A stretch of DNA of 64,000 bases. Origin: Phoronis australis. Lineage: Eukaryota > Animalia > Phoronida. The notes below the pieces were generated by a model. The model had not been told where the DNA came from. It saw only the letters and a program-made list of their open reading frames with translations, and searched no databases. The translations under genes and the position numbers were made by a program. Of this stretch, positions 25,674 to 38,530 are shown piece by piece (within the stretch, counting starts at the first letter, position 1; each line of letters begins with the position of its first letter). Location: the NCBI GenBank assembly GCA_002633005.1, contig NMRA01000314.1:1-64000 (forward strand). Direction: 5' to 3'.

Positions 25674-25759
25674 TTTCAGACATGACTCACGAGGCAGCCA
25701 CTTCCTATCTGACATCCCTGCGACGAGAACACAGATATCTGGAGGATATCTGGACCTAG
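25674..25759 (+). CDS. MTRR: MTRR terminal coding exon 14
   Basis: tag|(V)SDMTHEAATSYLTSLRREHRYLEDIWT*; RYxxDxW C-terminus of diflavin reductases. The 14 exons total 2247 nt = 748 aa + stop. Confidence 0.95.
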
Positions 25760-28700
25760 TGCTTTAGTCATGTGGAAGTCAGAACTTTCCAACAGTTGCC
25801 TTGTAATTAATTTGTATTTATTTGATAATCGTGGTACTGCATTGTGGTGTGGGCATATAGGACAACCTTCTTTTTTTAATTTGCTATAAGTATCTGAAAT
25901 AGCATGTGATTGTGATAATAATTGTCTAAAATATACAGTTGGTCATTTAATGGTGCTCTTCTGTCTCACAGTTTGTAGTTTCTGCCAAATGCCAAGGCTT
26001 ATCATTGTCAGATTGTATTGATGCATCTTCTGGGTTGAAGTCTCTATCTAGCTGGTGTAAACCCACCAGTCATCACAAGGAAACAGCTTTTGATTTTCTT
26101 ACGTTATTAAATTGGTGTCAGTTATACCTTGTTCAAAGTCGAGGTGATTTCGAGGTATTGAAAGAATTGACNTCGAGTCCTCCCCCCGGAAATCTGCACT
26201 CAATTCAGAAGCCAAAAGACATAAATTGGTAGTCTTCTGAAGGACAGAGAGAACCTTTGGCCAACGGACCAAAGGTCAACTTTTGGCTATAGGCTCCTCA
26301 AGAAACCAAGCCATACAAGTTGACTTATCACTCATGGTCTCCAGGAATCGGGGCTAGGAATTTTCCTCTTTTAAGAGGATTTCCTCTTTAATATTTGATT
26401 TCCTCTTTAATATTTGATTTCCAATTTACTTGTTCCTCTCCTTTTTTATGAGTATTTTGACTTTATTTGTGCAAAAAAACATTTTTTCAATTCTATGTTG
26501 CAACATATTGTCAAAAAAATATCTTTGTCATACAAGCCTATTTATTTGTGGAACGAATATTTTCCTCTTTTCAAACTGGTTATTCCTGTGCTGAGGAACA
26601 ACTAATTGGCAGTTGTTCGAAAGCCCAAGAATAATTCTCATCAATAGTACCAGAGGGAAGTAGGGAGCAAATTGAGACGATTATAGTAGCAAATAGTGTA
26701 TCAAAAGTTTGATCCCTTGACTGCGCTTTAATGCAGGTATTCGTTTTCTGCAGTCATATGTGTGCGTTATGTGCTTCTATTAGTTTGTGCTTAGTAAGTT
26801 ACATGCATGATGAGAAAAGGTAAAATCTGTTCTCCTCCCACAGCAAATAAGCGCCGTGTGTATGAAAAGAATAATTTTCGTGATCGGATGGCGTTTATTC
26901 CAATAAGAGTAGCCAACATACACGTAATGTGCTCATTGTCCACGCTCAAGTCTTAAAATCCTGTGTCCTACAGTTGATACAATTAAAACGCGGCGCGAAA
27001 TAAATTGCCTAAATGCATGACGGATTACAATGTCAGGGATAATCCACGAATAGAGACGGATTACCTTTATCGTTCTTAGGTTTGGAGAACCCTAATACCT
27101 TTGAAGAGGCTGGAGTTCTGTAGCGTCATAGTTGACTTTAGGAGCTGTAGGTTCAAAGAATATTTCGTTGATCTTGCCGATGTTTGCGCTTTACTGTTGT
27201 CTAGATTTTGGCAGACTGGTTGACGTGTTTTTATGATGATGTGAAATTTCCGGCAACGTCGCGTACTATACATATACATTATACATATAACCGGCCTTCT
27301 CTCCAGCAATACGTTTTAAGTTACGTACTGTTGTCTCGACTTACTCATTCGTGATCTGGTAAGAATAGATTTTTGAGCTGAAGAGAAGCCGAGTGCGCCT
27401 TCAATAAGTGAGAATATGGTCGGGCAAAGTTGGTGAGCCTGATCCAAACCAGTTCTTGTTGTTAAGATATCAAAACAATTCCATCTTCGCGCAAGCCAAA
27501 CCCAGAAGTCACAAAGATCAAGCATCTACTACGTGGAATCTGAATCAGATACTGATATCTCTAAGTTGCCTGAAACGAAACTATTCTTTGACAGACCACC
27601 GATTCAGTTGACATGCCTTTTAAACCAGGGACAATAAAGCACAGAATTCACGTGAGGAGTGAAGACTGTCAACAAGAAATGAGCGTCAGATTTTATTACA
27701 AAAAAACGGGAATATCGTTCACCTTTAGATTTCATTTGGGCGAGTTTTAAGGAATGAATTTAATCATTCTGCAAAGATCTTTAAATCCTATCTGGAGGTC
27801 CAATTCGAAAAAGCATCGATCAACCCGTTAACGTTATGTTGGACCTTATCGACAAGTGTGTAAATTTAGCGCGCAAATATCTACAATTTTTTGGAACTCG
27901 GCATAAGTACACATGCATTTAGTGAAAGTAGTAATTCGGTGAAATTCAATTTTTGGCTTTATACCAGTCTGCCACTAGGTCACGTGACCTTATTTTATGG
28001 ACATTTTGCAAAAAAAATAAAGGCACATATTTTTGACTTGAAAATAAGAGAATCTATAGACCAAATTTCGTGTGATGAAAATGTTCAAGATGATAAAATC
28101 TCAAATACGGTGTTGCAGTTTTCTAGAATACCGTTTCGTTTTCGTTTTGTGCAATTTTTAAAAATGCTTATATATAAGCACTATTTGGTAATGGTCCCTC
28201 ATACAAAGGTGGAACATTTTAAAAGCGTTTTAGAGAACAGCGCATAAAGCACAGTAGGCCCAACTGAAATTTGCATATGAAACTGATCAGTCATGTAATG
28301 AGATACGATGTCCTGAAGTTGGCCATTCTGGTAATTTTCAGATCAAGTTACACCCACCTCATTATCCATGGCGGGTACATTGGATGTTCATCAAAAGCTA
28401 CAAACGAATGTAACCTGAGTTCAATTTAGGTGGACAACGCAACTGGTTTCTGCTGAGATGGAACATGTTATGGCTCTACGCGAGCCGATACAACAATAAC
28501 TTTTAGTGCATTACATGTACACATGAGTGATTGTCCCTAAAGCGTCAAATTCAAAAAGTTTCACTGCTGTGAGGTATGGTTTTGCACGATTTTTCTCTAT
28601 GAATTCAAGGAACGTGTCCAAAACGACCGCCAATTTCAGAGTAAAAAGTTATTTGTGATTGGCTGCTTGGCAAACGAATCAAAGCCAGGGCCGCTTTTGC

Positions 28701-30562
28701 AGTGAGAGTTTGTTTTTGTGGTTGTGAGAAGCACCGCTTCTGACTATACATGTATGGCAGCATTTTGTACAGAGTACACTAAATATTGAATTTTCGTGTC
28801 GAACCTGTCACCCGTTCGTGAACAATAACAAATCCAGAAATTCGTCATTTGATCTGCTTGATGGCTAGGATTTTCAACACATTTGTGGTTGTGACGTATT
28901 TCTTGTACGTAAGTTAATCACTACGGGGACTCAATTTCGCAAGCACCATTGAACCTACGCATTGGTTACAAATAAAGCCTGCCGTTCACATTGTCCCGGG
29001 CGCATTAGTATTCATTATTAATTTAAAGCGCGTAATGTTTTTCTTCTACTAGGATATGAGTGCTACCCACAGACCCGTTGCTATGTACCGGATCACACCA
29101 GAACAATTTTATCTGCTACAAGGGTACTTAAAGAAAGGTTTGAGATAGTGAGAAAATATCTACACCGTTGTCCTTTGTTCACTGAGTAGCCTTAACCAAC
29201 CACGAAAATGACGCACGTTTGATGAAAAGTATGTTTTACCATTACGGAAACGAAAATGAGCAATATTTCGTTGAACAATGGCAATATTTCCTTGAAGAGT
29301 GGTCGCTACCCATATATTTTATTTGCTCTTACTTTCACTATCTCTAGCTATCTAGGAAAGTTCAACTCGCTACTGCATTAAAAAGATCCCGAGACAACTT
29401 TCCAATTTAAAGAATGGAAACGATTTCGCGAAATTGAAAACTGGATAGTATTCAAGAAAAGCAGTCGTAATTTGAATTCAGTAATGTTTAATTACTTGTT
29501 ACTGCAAGTAGGACGAACACTTTTGGCATTTTTGACATGTTGGTCGCAAAATAAATAAGATTACATGTTCGTAGTGAAATATTTCATGCGATCACTTCTC
29601 AGGAATTCCGATTTCAAAGTTCTTGTATGAGTGTCTTGTAGATTACGGGTGGCGATGGTCTTAGCACAAGCTTTGGTAAATCACGGTCAATCTGTTGAAG
29701 AAAACAAGTGTTCTGTCCCATGCGCTAAAGTACAGCAATTCTAATTCGATACGGAATTAATGCAAATTAACGAGAATGATCAAAACTGCGCCATCTTTTA
29801 TGTGTGTAGACTGTCATCAAATTTCAATCGCAAAGTTTTTGTTTACAATTGTTTTTCTCGCAATATTGTGACCACTCGAGGCACTCTATCACTTCTCGCT
29901 AAATGGGCCCTCAATAGCCTCGTGATTAATGGAAAAACGATCCACTGTTTATAACAGTTATCAATAGTATATTATAGCCAGTGTTTACTGATAAGAGATA
30001 GTTGATAAATCTTTTCAAGAGATGTCGAGCAGCAGCCTCTCGGGGCGATAAGCCCATTTAAGCCCAATTTTGTTATTTTAAAGTATATGTGTAGAGTTCA
30101 GAGGACAGACAGAAACAAGTGGTATTTGGAGCTGGGCGTAAGAACTGTCCGCAAGAAAATAGTTTTTACATACACCTGTACAAACGAGGTTAGACGGTTG
30201 TATGCTTAATGTGGTTAGATGATCGGTTGGGAATTTTTTTTCGAGAAATTGAAGGAAATCAGTGTCTAAATGAGAAAGATGGACGTGATCACCTTTATTT
30301 TGTCCATTCGTTGCTTCGTTCACGTTTTGTTATTGATGGTGGCGCTGTCAGGATTTGTGTTCAAACGGACCTTGATTTAAACGCTCAATTGTCGCCTTTT
30401 GAAATTTGCCACCGAATTCGAACTTTGGTTTGTGCTAAGTGTAATATCCCACAAAGGACCAGACAGGTGAATTGACGTAGTCACAGCTGAAAGTGAACTT
30501 TTCATGATCATTCGCTTTCTATTAAGTTGATTTTTTAAAAAATCTTTTTCAGAACCACCACA

Positions 30563-30859
30563 ATGCCTATTTCAAGCGGCGCCCTGGGGAACCCGAACAG
30601 TTACTTCAACAAACCGGAAAACATGCGCGCTACGATGAAACGGCCGACTGCAGATGAAACTAAGAAAAACAAAGACCATAAAGCAACTAAATGGAATTCA
30701 AATTTTAAAGGCAAGGGGAACGGCAAGATTAAGCGAAAAAAGAAAAAGACAAAGAAGGGGAAACGAAAGAAATTCGCGGAAGATGACGAGAATTACAATG
30801 GCGGACTAAGAGGAATGTTCACACGAATGTTTACCAGAGTAAACGAAACAAAAGTGCAG
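30563..30859 (+). CDS. Uncharacterised type II membrane protein, paralog A, coding exon 1 (Lys-rich)
   Basis: Acceptor ttttcag at 30552, ATG at 30563, MPISSGALGN...NETKVQ|gtaatt; clearly homologous to 51894-52187 with identical splice position. Confidence 0.85.
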
Positions 30860-32018
30860 GTAATTATTTGTGGCACGTTAATTTGCGAGCTCCTTGTCAC
30901 AGCAGGTCTACCGAAGTGCAAATCGTAATAAACTAATGTCTTTGTTATTTAAAAAATGCTATGATGCGAAGTAATACGTACTTTTTGTTGTGTATTCAAA
31001 CCAATGTAACAGATCTTCAAGATTGTAGTTCACCCTTTTCTGCTGGCCAAAATAAGAAAGTCGGATTTGGCGTTTTACTCTAACTATTGATCTCTTCCTT
31101 ACTGCGATGGAATTTTATTTCTCTTAACGACGAGAACACCGAAGACATCAGCGAATCAATAAAATGCTCCAGAGTTTCAGTGTTGGGTTGGCCAACCCTT
31201 GGGTGTGATGCCAACCTCGTGCTCGTGTTCGTATTGCTGGTAATTTGAGGCAACGGCCCCTTTGACAATAAGTTAAAATTGCGTCGTAATGTGTTTAACT
31301 GTCCGTTGAAGCGTTTTGCTGAAAAACTGAGCGGACGAAGGGCGGCGGATTGCAGCTCCTCTGTTACTCGTTTTCGGAAGTCGTTTCGTCATTAACATTG
31401 AGGGGCCAAGTTATGATCCGCCAAAGTCTATGCAATGGCCTATCAGTCGGCAAACAAATCTTTAACTTTGTCGTGTTATTCCGACAACGGAAGGATAGAT
31501 GGAGTCTAAGGATGAGGTGCAATCGTATGAAGGGTGCAATTGTCAGATCCTTACACAACGCCCAATAAACTAAGATACATGTACGTAGAACACATGTGTT
31601 CTTTCAACAGCTTGTTGAAGCACAGACAAAAGCTTGTAAAAATACGACTTCTATGAAACGACTTTCCAATTAACGCTCTTTCAACAGAATCGAACACTAG
31701 GTGGCATCCCTATAAACATACTTTGTCTACTGATTTAGGTCCCTGCAGCTAGACTCAGGCTAGGGAATCCTTTTAGTAAAAGAGGTGCACGCAGCCTGCT
31801 GCGAAGGAATCGCTAATCTCGAGGCTGTATTACTGGCCCTGAAGATTAGGAATGTCTTGTTTGAGGCTTTTCATTTAGTGACGGAATATTTAGATGTTAA
31901 ACTTAATGTCCAGTCAACTGCCGGACGTAGATTCCCACTAAAACAGCTGTAAGAACGACTCAACGTAAACTAGCCTAACAATAGGAAAAGTGAAATTAAA
32001 ACACAAATTACATTTCAG

Positions 32019-32361
32019 GACATATCCGGTAAAAAGATGGGCAAGAACAACAGAAACGGCAAAAACGACGCGTTTGCCAACGGTGGCGCTGGCGCCGGGT
32101 TGGCTTTTGCCGGAAGCAGTTTCACCAGTGAGGACCACTCTTCCATCAGTGTGATGTCAGACCACATTGATGGGGAATCCATGTCTGTTAATGACGGAAA
32201 GTACCGGAAGAAACCGATGAAATGTTGCTGCTGCATCTGTCGGTGTTATCTTTGTTGTTGCTGTTGCCGAGGGCTGTGGTGTTGCCTACTGCTCCTGTTG
32301 CTGCTTCTTCTACTGGCTGGCCTCATCGCTGGTATTGTTCTGGCCGCTATGGCCATCGCTG
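32019..32361 (+). CDS. Paralog A coding exon 2 (Cys string plus transmembrane helix)
   Basis: cag|DISGKKMGKN...GGAGAG...KCCCCICRCYLCCCCCRGLWCCLLLLLLLLLLAGLIAGIVLAAMAIA G|gtaaga; homologous to 53190-53589. Confidence 0.87.
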
Positions 32362-33092
32362 GTAAGACCAGAAGTCAGTGCGTGTCTTATTTGGTAGCTG
32401 GATCGAGGGAAGGGACACTGATGGTTAAGATTAACGGTTCAGTTTGGCTTTGGGTAGGCTATCTAGTCCGGGTAATGCTTTACAATTTTGCCGATGGTCG
32501 TAAATCGTCGGTTTGGTTCACACACAATAGGCCTGTTGAAATTGACATGGAAGGCCAGTAAAAGTATTTTTGTGAGTCCTGCTCGTAATAATCCAACTGT
32601 CCCACTTGGGCTGTGTAAGAAAACACTACTTAACAAAGAGTTTATAGTCTTGCATGATAAGAAAATTATTTTAATGCCTCCTATGTGTTTTGAATAGCCT
32701 AGCCCAGAATGTAGTATCGTTATAATGATTTCATATAAAACTGGTATAATACTTTCCCGTGAGATAGCAGGATTATTCAGCTAAGCAGTCCCCTGCCGTT
32801 CGCTTCACAATATCTCCAGTCCTCTGGGTTTCCGAGAAGTATGCAACAGAAAATACTACTGACAACAAAATATGGCCAGAAAGTGCCTGGTGTATAATAT
32901 CCGGGCTTGGCTGGGACGGACGGAGTTTTTCACAACCGTCTATTAACCCGCAAGTAAAAGTGCCGTCAAAAACGCGCACACCTGGCAGTTTTAGCTTGGT
33001 CTTTTGAAACCTGTTCTGCGCTTTTAAGAACAGGATCTGTGACGCGGGATTGCAAAATAAAACAATTAGACGAATCCCTCGGGACCGAGGGA

Positions 33093-33401
33093 GAGCCTTC
33101 AACCTCTTGTAACTTACAGGCCTCGATTATCATATAGTTCCTTCAACCTCTTGTAACTCTTAGGTTTCGACTGTAATACAGATCCGTCAACCTCATTGCA
33201 GCCCATGTAGGCCTCGACGATCATATAGAGCCTTCAAACTCTTGTAACCCATAGTTCTAGATTATCATATAGAGCCTTCAACCTCTTCTAACCGATAGAC
33301 CTCGACTATCATATAGAACCTACAGCCTCTTGAAACCCATAGTCCTAGACTATCATATAGAGCCGTCAACCTATTGTAACCCATAGGCTTCGGCTATCTT
33401 A
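33093..33401. repeat. 44-bp minisatellite, ~7 diverged copies
   Basis: Unit approx. GAGCCTTCAACCTCTTGTAACCCATAGGCCTCGACTATCATATA. Confidence 0.9.
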
Positions 33402-33539
33402 CTCTTCGGGATTGGTTAATGTTTGTAGAACTTTTCTTTGAAATATTATGTTTGTTTCAGTAGTTTGTTAGCGTATAATGTTACAACTTAATTGTATTAC
33501 TATTGGATTACTTTCGTAATAATTTTTTTTATTTGACAG

Positions 33540-33560
33540 ATGCTGCCGGTGACGACAATG
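33540..33560 (+). CDS. Paralog A candidate 21-nt microexon
   Basis: Poly-T tract, then atttgacag|AT GCT GCC GGT GAC GAC AAT G|gtacgt; phase 1-1, encodes DAAGDDN. Confidence 0.6.
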
Positions 33561-33933
33561 GTACGTACATGTACATGTATACCATACTACATTTGATACT
33601 CTGAAAACACTTCACATTATGTAAAACACTCATGAAATATATATTTGAATACTAGATTAAGGTCTATAATTTTGTACGGGGAGATTCTTGGCGAAACAGA
33701 GGCTGGTCTATGACGTCCTACATAAGTAGTATTTTGGAGTTGTGTTGCACTCTGGCCGTCCAGCTACTTTACGTATCCCCCTTTCCTCAGGACATTACTT
33801 TTAAACAAAGTCAGAGAAGAACTCGTCAAGTCAACAGCAAAATCAAAAGAAGTTATTGTCACAAGACGTGACGTTTTGTTGTAAAATCCTGTTTGAAAAC
33901 AATCTTAACCACAACGTACGACGTGCATTTCAG

Positions 33934-34146
33934 GTGAAGCCAGTACGGCTCCAACGGTCCCAAGCAGTTGTGCAGGGAATTGGGGAGAAGCGTTCTTTGG
34001 TTACCGGAAAAATGAATCGGCAGATGTTAACTCGACGGATTACAGCACCTACCTGTGTTGCTACAACTACACGGCGAAGGCTGCCAATAAAACGTTTTAC
34101 CCGGGGAACTACGCCGTCATTAACAAATCAGATTGCTTAGACACGG
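33934..34146 (+). CDS. Paralog A ectodomain exon (frame stays open to 34268)
   Basis: tttcag|GEASTAPTVPSSCAGNWGEAFFGYRKNESADVNSTDYSTYLCCYNYTAKAANKTFYPGNYAVINKSDCLDT G|gtgcgt; phase 1; five N-X-S/T sequons. Confidence 0.7.
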
Positions 34147-34515
34147 GTGCGTCATGTGAAGACGTTTGGGGTAGCAGGGATCCAGCGAGATGCTTCGCCT
34201 GTGCACTTGTTCCTGTAACATTGTACGCGTGGTGTGTGGTGTTCGTCTGCTACTTGTACTTTACCTGAACTGTAAGCTGAGACAATATGAACTGCGTTGC
34301 AATGTGACTACTATTGCTGCAATCTGCCTGCTTCTTCTTTTAGATCGTGTTTGTGGAACATGATTACGGCGTTCTCCGTTAAATGATCGCCATTGCGGCA
34401 TGTGATTACGAACACCCTGTCATTGCCTTCGTTTACATCCTAGAACACTGTGTTCATCAAAAATTTTTAAAATTGTATATTTTGGGTTTGTTATGAAATA
34501 TCAATGTTATCGAAG

Positions 34516-35267
34516 NNNNNNNNNNNNNNNNNNNNNNNNNNNNNNNNNNNNNNNNNNNNNNNNNNNNNNNNNNNNNNNNNNNNNNNNNNNNNNNNNNNNN
34601 NNNNNNNNNNNNNNNNNNNNNNNNNNNNNNNNNNNNNNNNNNNNNNNNNNNNNNNNNNNNNNNNNNNNNNNNNNNNNNNNNNNNNNNNNNNNNNNNNNNN
34701 NNNNNNNNNNNNNNNNNNNNNNNNNNNNNNNNNNNNNNNNNNNNNNNNNNNNNNNNNNNNNNNNNNNNNNNNNNNNNNNNNNNNNNNNNNNNNNNNNNNN
34801 NNNNNNNNNNNNNNNNNNNNNNNNNNNNNNNNNNNNNNNNNNNNNNNNNNNNNNNNNNNNNNNNNNNNNNNNNNNNNNNNNNNNNNNNNNNNNNNNNNNN
34901 NNNNNNNNNNNNNNNNNNNNNNNNNNNNNNNNNNNNNNNNNNNNNNNNNNNNNNNNNNNNNNNNNNNNNNNNNNNNNNNNNNNNNNNNNNNNNNNNNNNN
35001 NNNNNNNNNNNNNNNNNNNNNNNNNNNNNNNNNNNNNNNNNNNNNNNNNNNNNNNNNNNNNNNNNNNNNNNNNNNNNNNNNNNNNNNNNNNNNNNNNNNN
35101 NNNNNNNNNNNNNNNNNNNNNNNNNNNNNNNNNNNNNNNNNNNNNNNNNNNNNNNNNNNNNNNNNNNNNNNNNNNNNNNNNNNNNNNNNNNNNNNNNNNN
35201 NNNNNNNNNNNNNNNNNNNNNNNNNNNNNNNNNNNNNNNNNNNNNNNNNNNNNNNNNNNNNNNNNNN
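34516..35267. other. Assembly gap (N run)
   Basis: Run of n; its right side abuts a poly-C MITE end (...GGATCCGCCTCTG). Confidence 1.
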
Positions 35268-37124
35268 CCCCCCCCCCCCCCTAAATAAAAATCTTGGATC
35301 CGCCTCTGGTTTTTACCAATAAATGCTCGTACCTGGACAGGAGTTAATTAATGTTTCGTTAGATAGTGCTTGCGGGTATTATGGCTATTTTTGGTTTGGA
35401 ATTGATGTGTATAAACACCTTAAAGAGTTCTCACCATGCATTTTCTTAGTTTTTTAGGTTTCAGTTTGATAATATGAAATAAATACCATAAAATCCAACT
35501 AAATAAGCACTTTTGATGCCAAATAATAGTGAATTTTTAATTTTGAAGAAAAATTAGTTACTTCGAAGCTCCCTGCTAAATGATGTCACGTGACAATTAA
35601 TTGCAAGTGGCGGAACACAAAACTGAGATCAGAAGACGAGGACGATTTTGAGCGAGAACTGGACAATTAGTACACAGACAGAGAAGGGAGTTGATACGGG
35701 CATCACTCTCAAGCACGAACTTTAAAATTATAGTGTCAACAAAGACATATTGAACCGACGTTTCGGTTTATTCACTATGAACCATTATCAAGGCAAATGT
35801 TCACATTATTCAATCAATATGTCTTTGTTCACTTACGCGCTAATTTTGAAGTTCGTGCTTATACTTTGGCCAAAAACAAATGGGATCAGTCTCAAGTACT
35901 TGAAGAATCAGGCAATGAACTCGATTTCCCACTTGGCAAACTTTCGTCGGCTTTGAGGCCGTATGAACTCGACCCACTTGCACAAGAAATACTGCAGACA
36001 TATGTGAGCCACAACCAAGTGAAACAAGAGGTGGTCAATATTCACAAAATAGACACTTAATAATCACTGATGACAAACGTCACAGTGGGTCATCCTGTTG
36101 TCATGATGGAACAACCATGGCACTATGCATACATGGACTTCTATGTGTCGTAGCACTCAATTTGGACCGGGGTCGAGAGCCTGGAATCATTCTACCTAAA
36201 ATGCAGCCAGTTTCTTCGTTATCTTTTAAATTTGCCAATACACTTACACCTGTACAAGGTGGCGAGTTCTTCATCGTAACGCCGCTTTCGCGTTTGGTAA
36301 AAACAACGATTCCTTGAAATGTGCCGAAAAAATGAGGCTCAAACTGAATCGAGATGTATTAATAAAATTCCTTTTTGAGACACAGGGTTATGGTGCATCC
36401 TCGTAGACTGCCTCATGACTCACCTCCAGTGAACCACGGTATGTTGGCATGCAGATGAATGTCACGCCTCCCTCCATCTACTTAAATCGGCATAGTCCAG
36501 TCATTCTACAGATGACCCGAAAATCATATCTTCTCACACCCCTTAGTGTGAGAAAAAAGTCTACCGGAATCGGAGTGGCAGAAGTTGATTTTTCAACATG
36601 GCGGACAAACTGGCTGCCAGATTTGCATATGACCATTATAACTCGGGAGTGGAATGTGATAGAGTAAACATTCAAAAAGGTTTACGTATCTTTTGTAGGT
36701 CAACAAATCCATTGAAAATAGTTTTGCATGGCTTCGGTGACACCGTCCGCCATTTTCCAAGATGGTCGCCAAAACTACTTCGAGACGCACAATTTCGCAG
36801 AAACATATTGGTGTGTTGTATTGATTTAAACATTGCATCCTAGGTTTACTGGGTCGACTAATCCATTGAGACTCATTGTGTTTGGCTCTACTGATTAAGA
36901 TGGCCATGCTTCATTTGAGAACTTCAGATTCCAGAGACACGTCATTTTCACAGATTTCTTGTCCTGAGTTTCATAGGTCAACTGTTCATTAAAATTATTT
37001 TGTCTCGCTGGCTCTGGTTTATAAGACTACCCTTTTCATGTGCTCGAAGCAGTAATTCTCAATGTGTGATCAAAACCTATACACAAGTCAATCAACAAGT
37101 ATTTACACAACTAATCTCTTTCTA

Positions 37125-38530
37125 CTGAGAATGAATTGCTGCAGTTTATATCACTGCATTCTCCACGTGCAACTAAGCTCGGCAATTTTTACGTCTTGTG
37201 AGTACATCTCTTGGAACTGCAGTTGGTCTTGCACGAGCATCTTACCATCAGCAGGTTCTCTGGTGCTGCTGGCTGGTCCGTTGTCATGGGAATGAGTTTT
37301 CCACTTGCCAGCATCCATCCCCAATAAAGCGAGTCTATGTCAGCTGCCACGGAAACTTGACCACTCTTGCTCTTGTCGTTGCAGCATGAAATTTACCTGC
37401 TGAAGCAGTGGGTGGTAATGACTGTATATGGACTGGGGCTACACTTGATGACATCTTTTCCACAAATCACCTGTATCGCAAGTCATCCAAATTTCCAGAG
37501 CCATAACCGCCATGGAGCAAAACCTTTTTACCAGCTTCAAATATGTCTCGCTTCAGCTGCATAGGTCTAGTGACTACTCTAGCGTTTTCGAAGAATTCTC
37601 GATCATGCAGTTTCTTGAATGGGATTGCCAATACCGAACAGCCGTGATGTTGTATCACAACCACCTGTTGCATGCGCAAATGGCAAAAGCGCGCAAGTTT
37701 CGGCACCAAGAGGCAACTCCTCTTGTTTTGGTGCCTCTTGTCAGATTTCATGAATATTGGAAATTGTTGTGAAGTAGCACAAAAGAACCAACAAGTCTGT
37801 ATCGCAATGAGGGTAGCAGGACCTTGCGCTGCATTCTCTGCTGCTGTTTCTACAATTAAAACATGTGCGTCACCTTGAGTTTGTACCACTGTGCAACCAC
37901 CTTTTCGAGAAGAAGTGAATGAATTTTTGTTTTTGCTGTTTGCCAAAAATGTGAACTTCCTTCTTTGACTTGATCACTATGTCACAACTGAAGTGTACTT
38001 CAGTTCCAACCACCCCACCCGGTCTTCGAACATGGGAGACATCTTTAGTTAATGGACCACCTCCGTGGCCATCAAAAACAACAGTAAGCTGGTTATACTT
38101 GCTGACGTAATCTACATAAGCTCTACCAACGGGCATGAAACATTGCACCTCTAGGCCATCGAATACAGTGAAGGAGAGAATCGCCGTCGATTACATGGAA
38201 ATTGGAAATCCTCAGGTAGGTCGTCCTTCACATGGTTAATGGTGCTTCAGCTAATTTTGATTTATTAGCGACTATGGGAAGATCAGATTTATCAAAAAGA
38301 GCGGGGGAAGCAACACACAGCTCAAACAGGCTTCATAAACATTTACTGTTGTCTTTTGCAGCTGAAATAGCAGTTGTGGATTCACTTGTGTAAAGTCACC
38401 ATTGGCATCATGAACCAGTAGATTTGTCATTGCCACAACCGTGTCTTTCTTTCTGAATGTGGAGTCTTTAACACTGGACCCCTCTTCTCAGGCATTTTCG
38501 ACATTGACCCGTGTACATGCAATCACATCA
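37125..38530 (-). mobile_element. Decayed Academ-like DNA transposon ORF (XPG/PIN-like nuclease plus Cys-rich finger)
   Basis: Frameshifted motifs VNPQLLFQ, VIDGDSLLH..W, VVFDG..TKD..H.RR, ANSKNK, GDA.VLIV, LDDLRY, SLPPT, WGW..GKLIP..APENLLMVRCSCKTNCSSKRC. Confidence 0.75.

Noticed and set aside
34493-35322. 263-aa and 272-aa ORFs
   Set aside because: Artefacts of the N gap.
35750-36907. Cluster of short ORFs that look like decayed coding sequence
   Set aside because: No recognisable motif and no phase-compatible exon chain with paralog A; possibly transposon-derived but unsupported.
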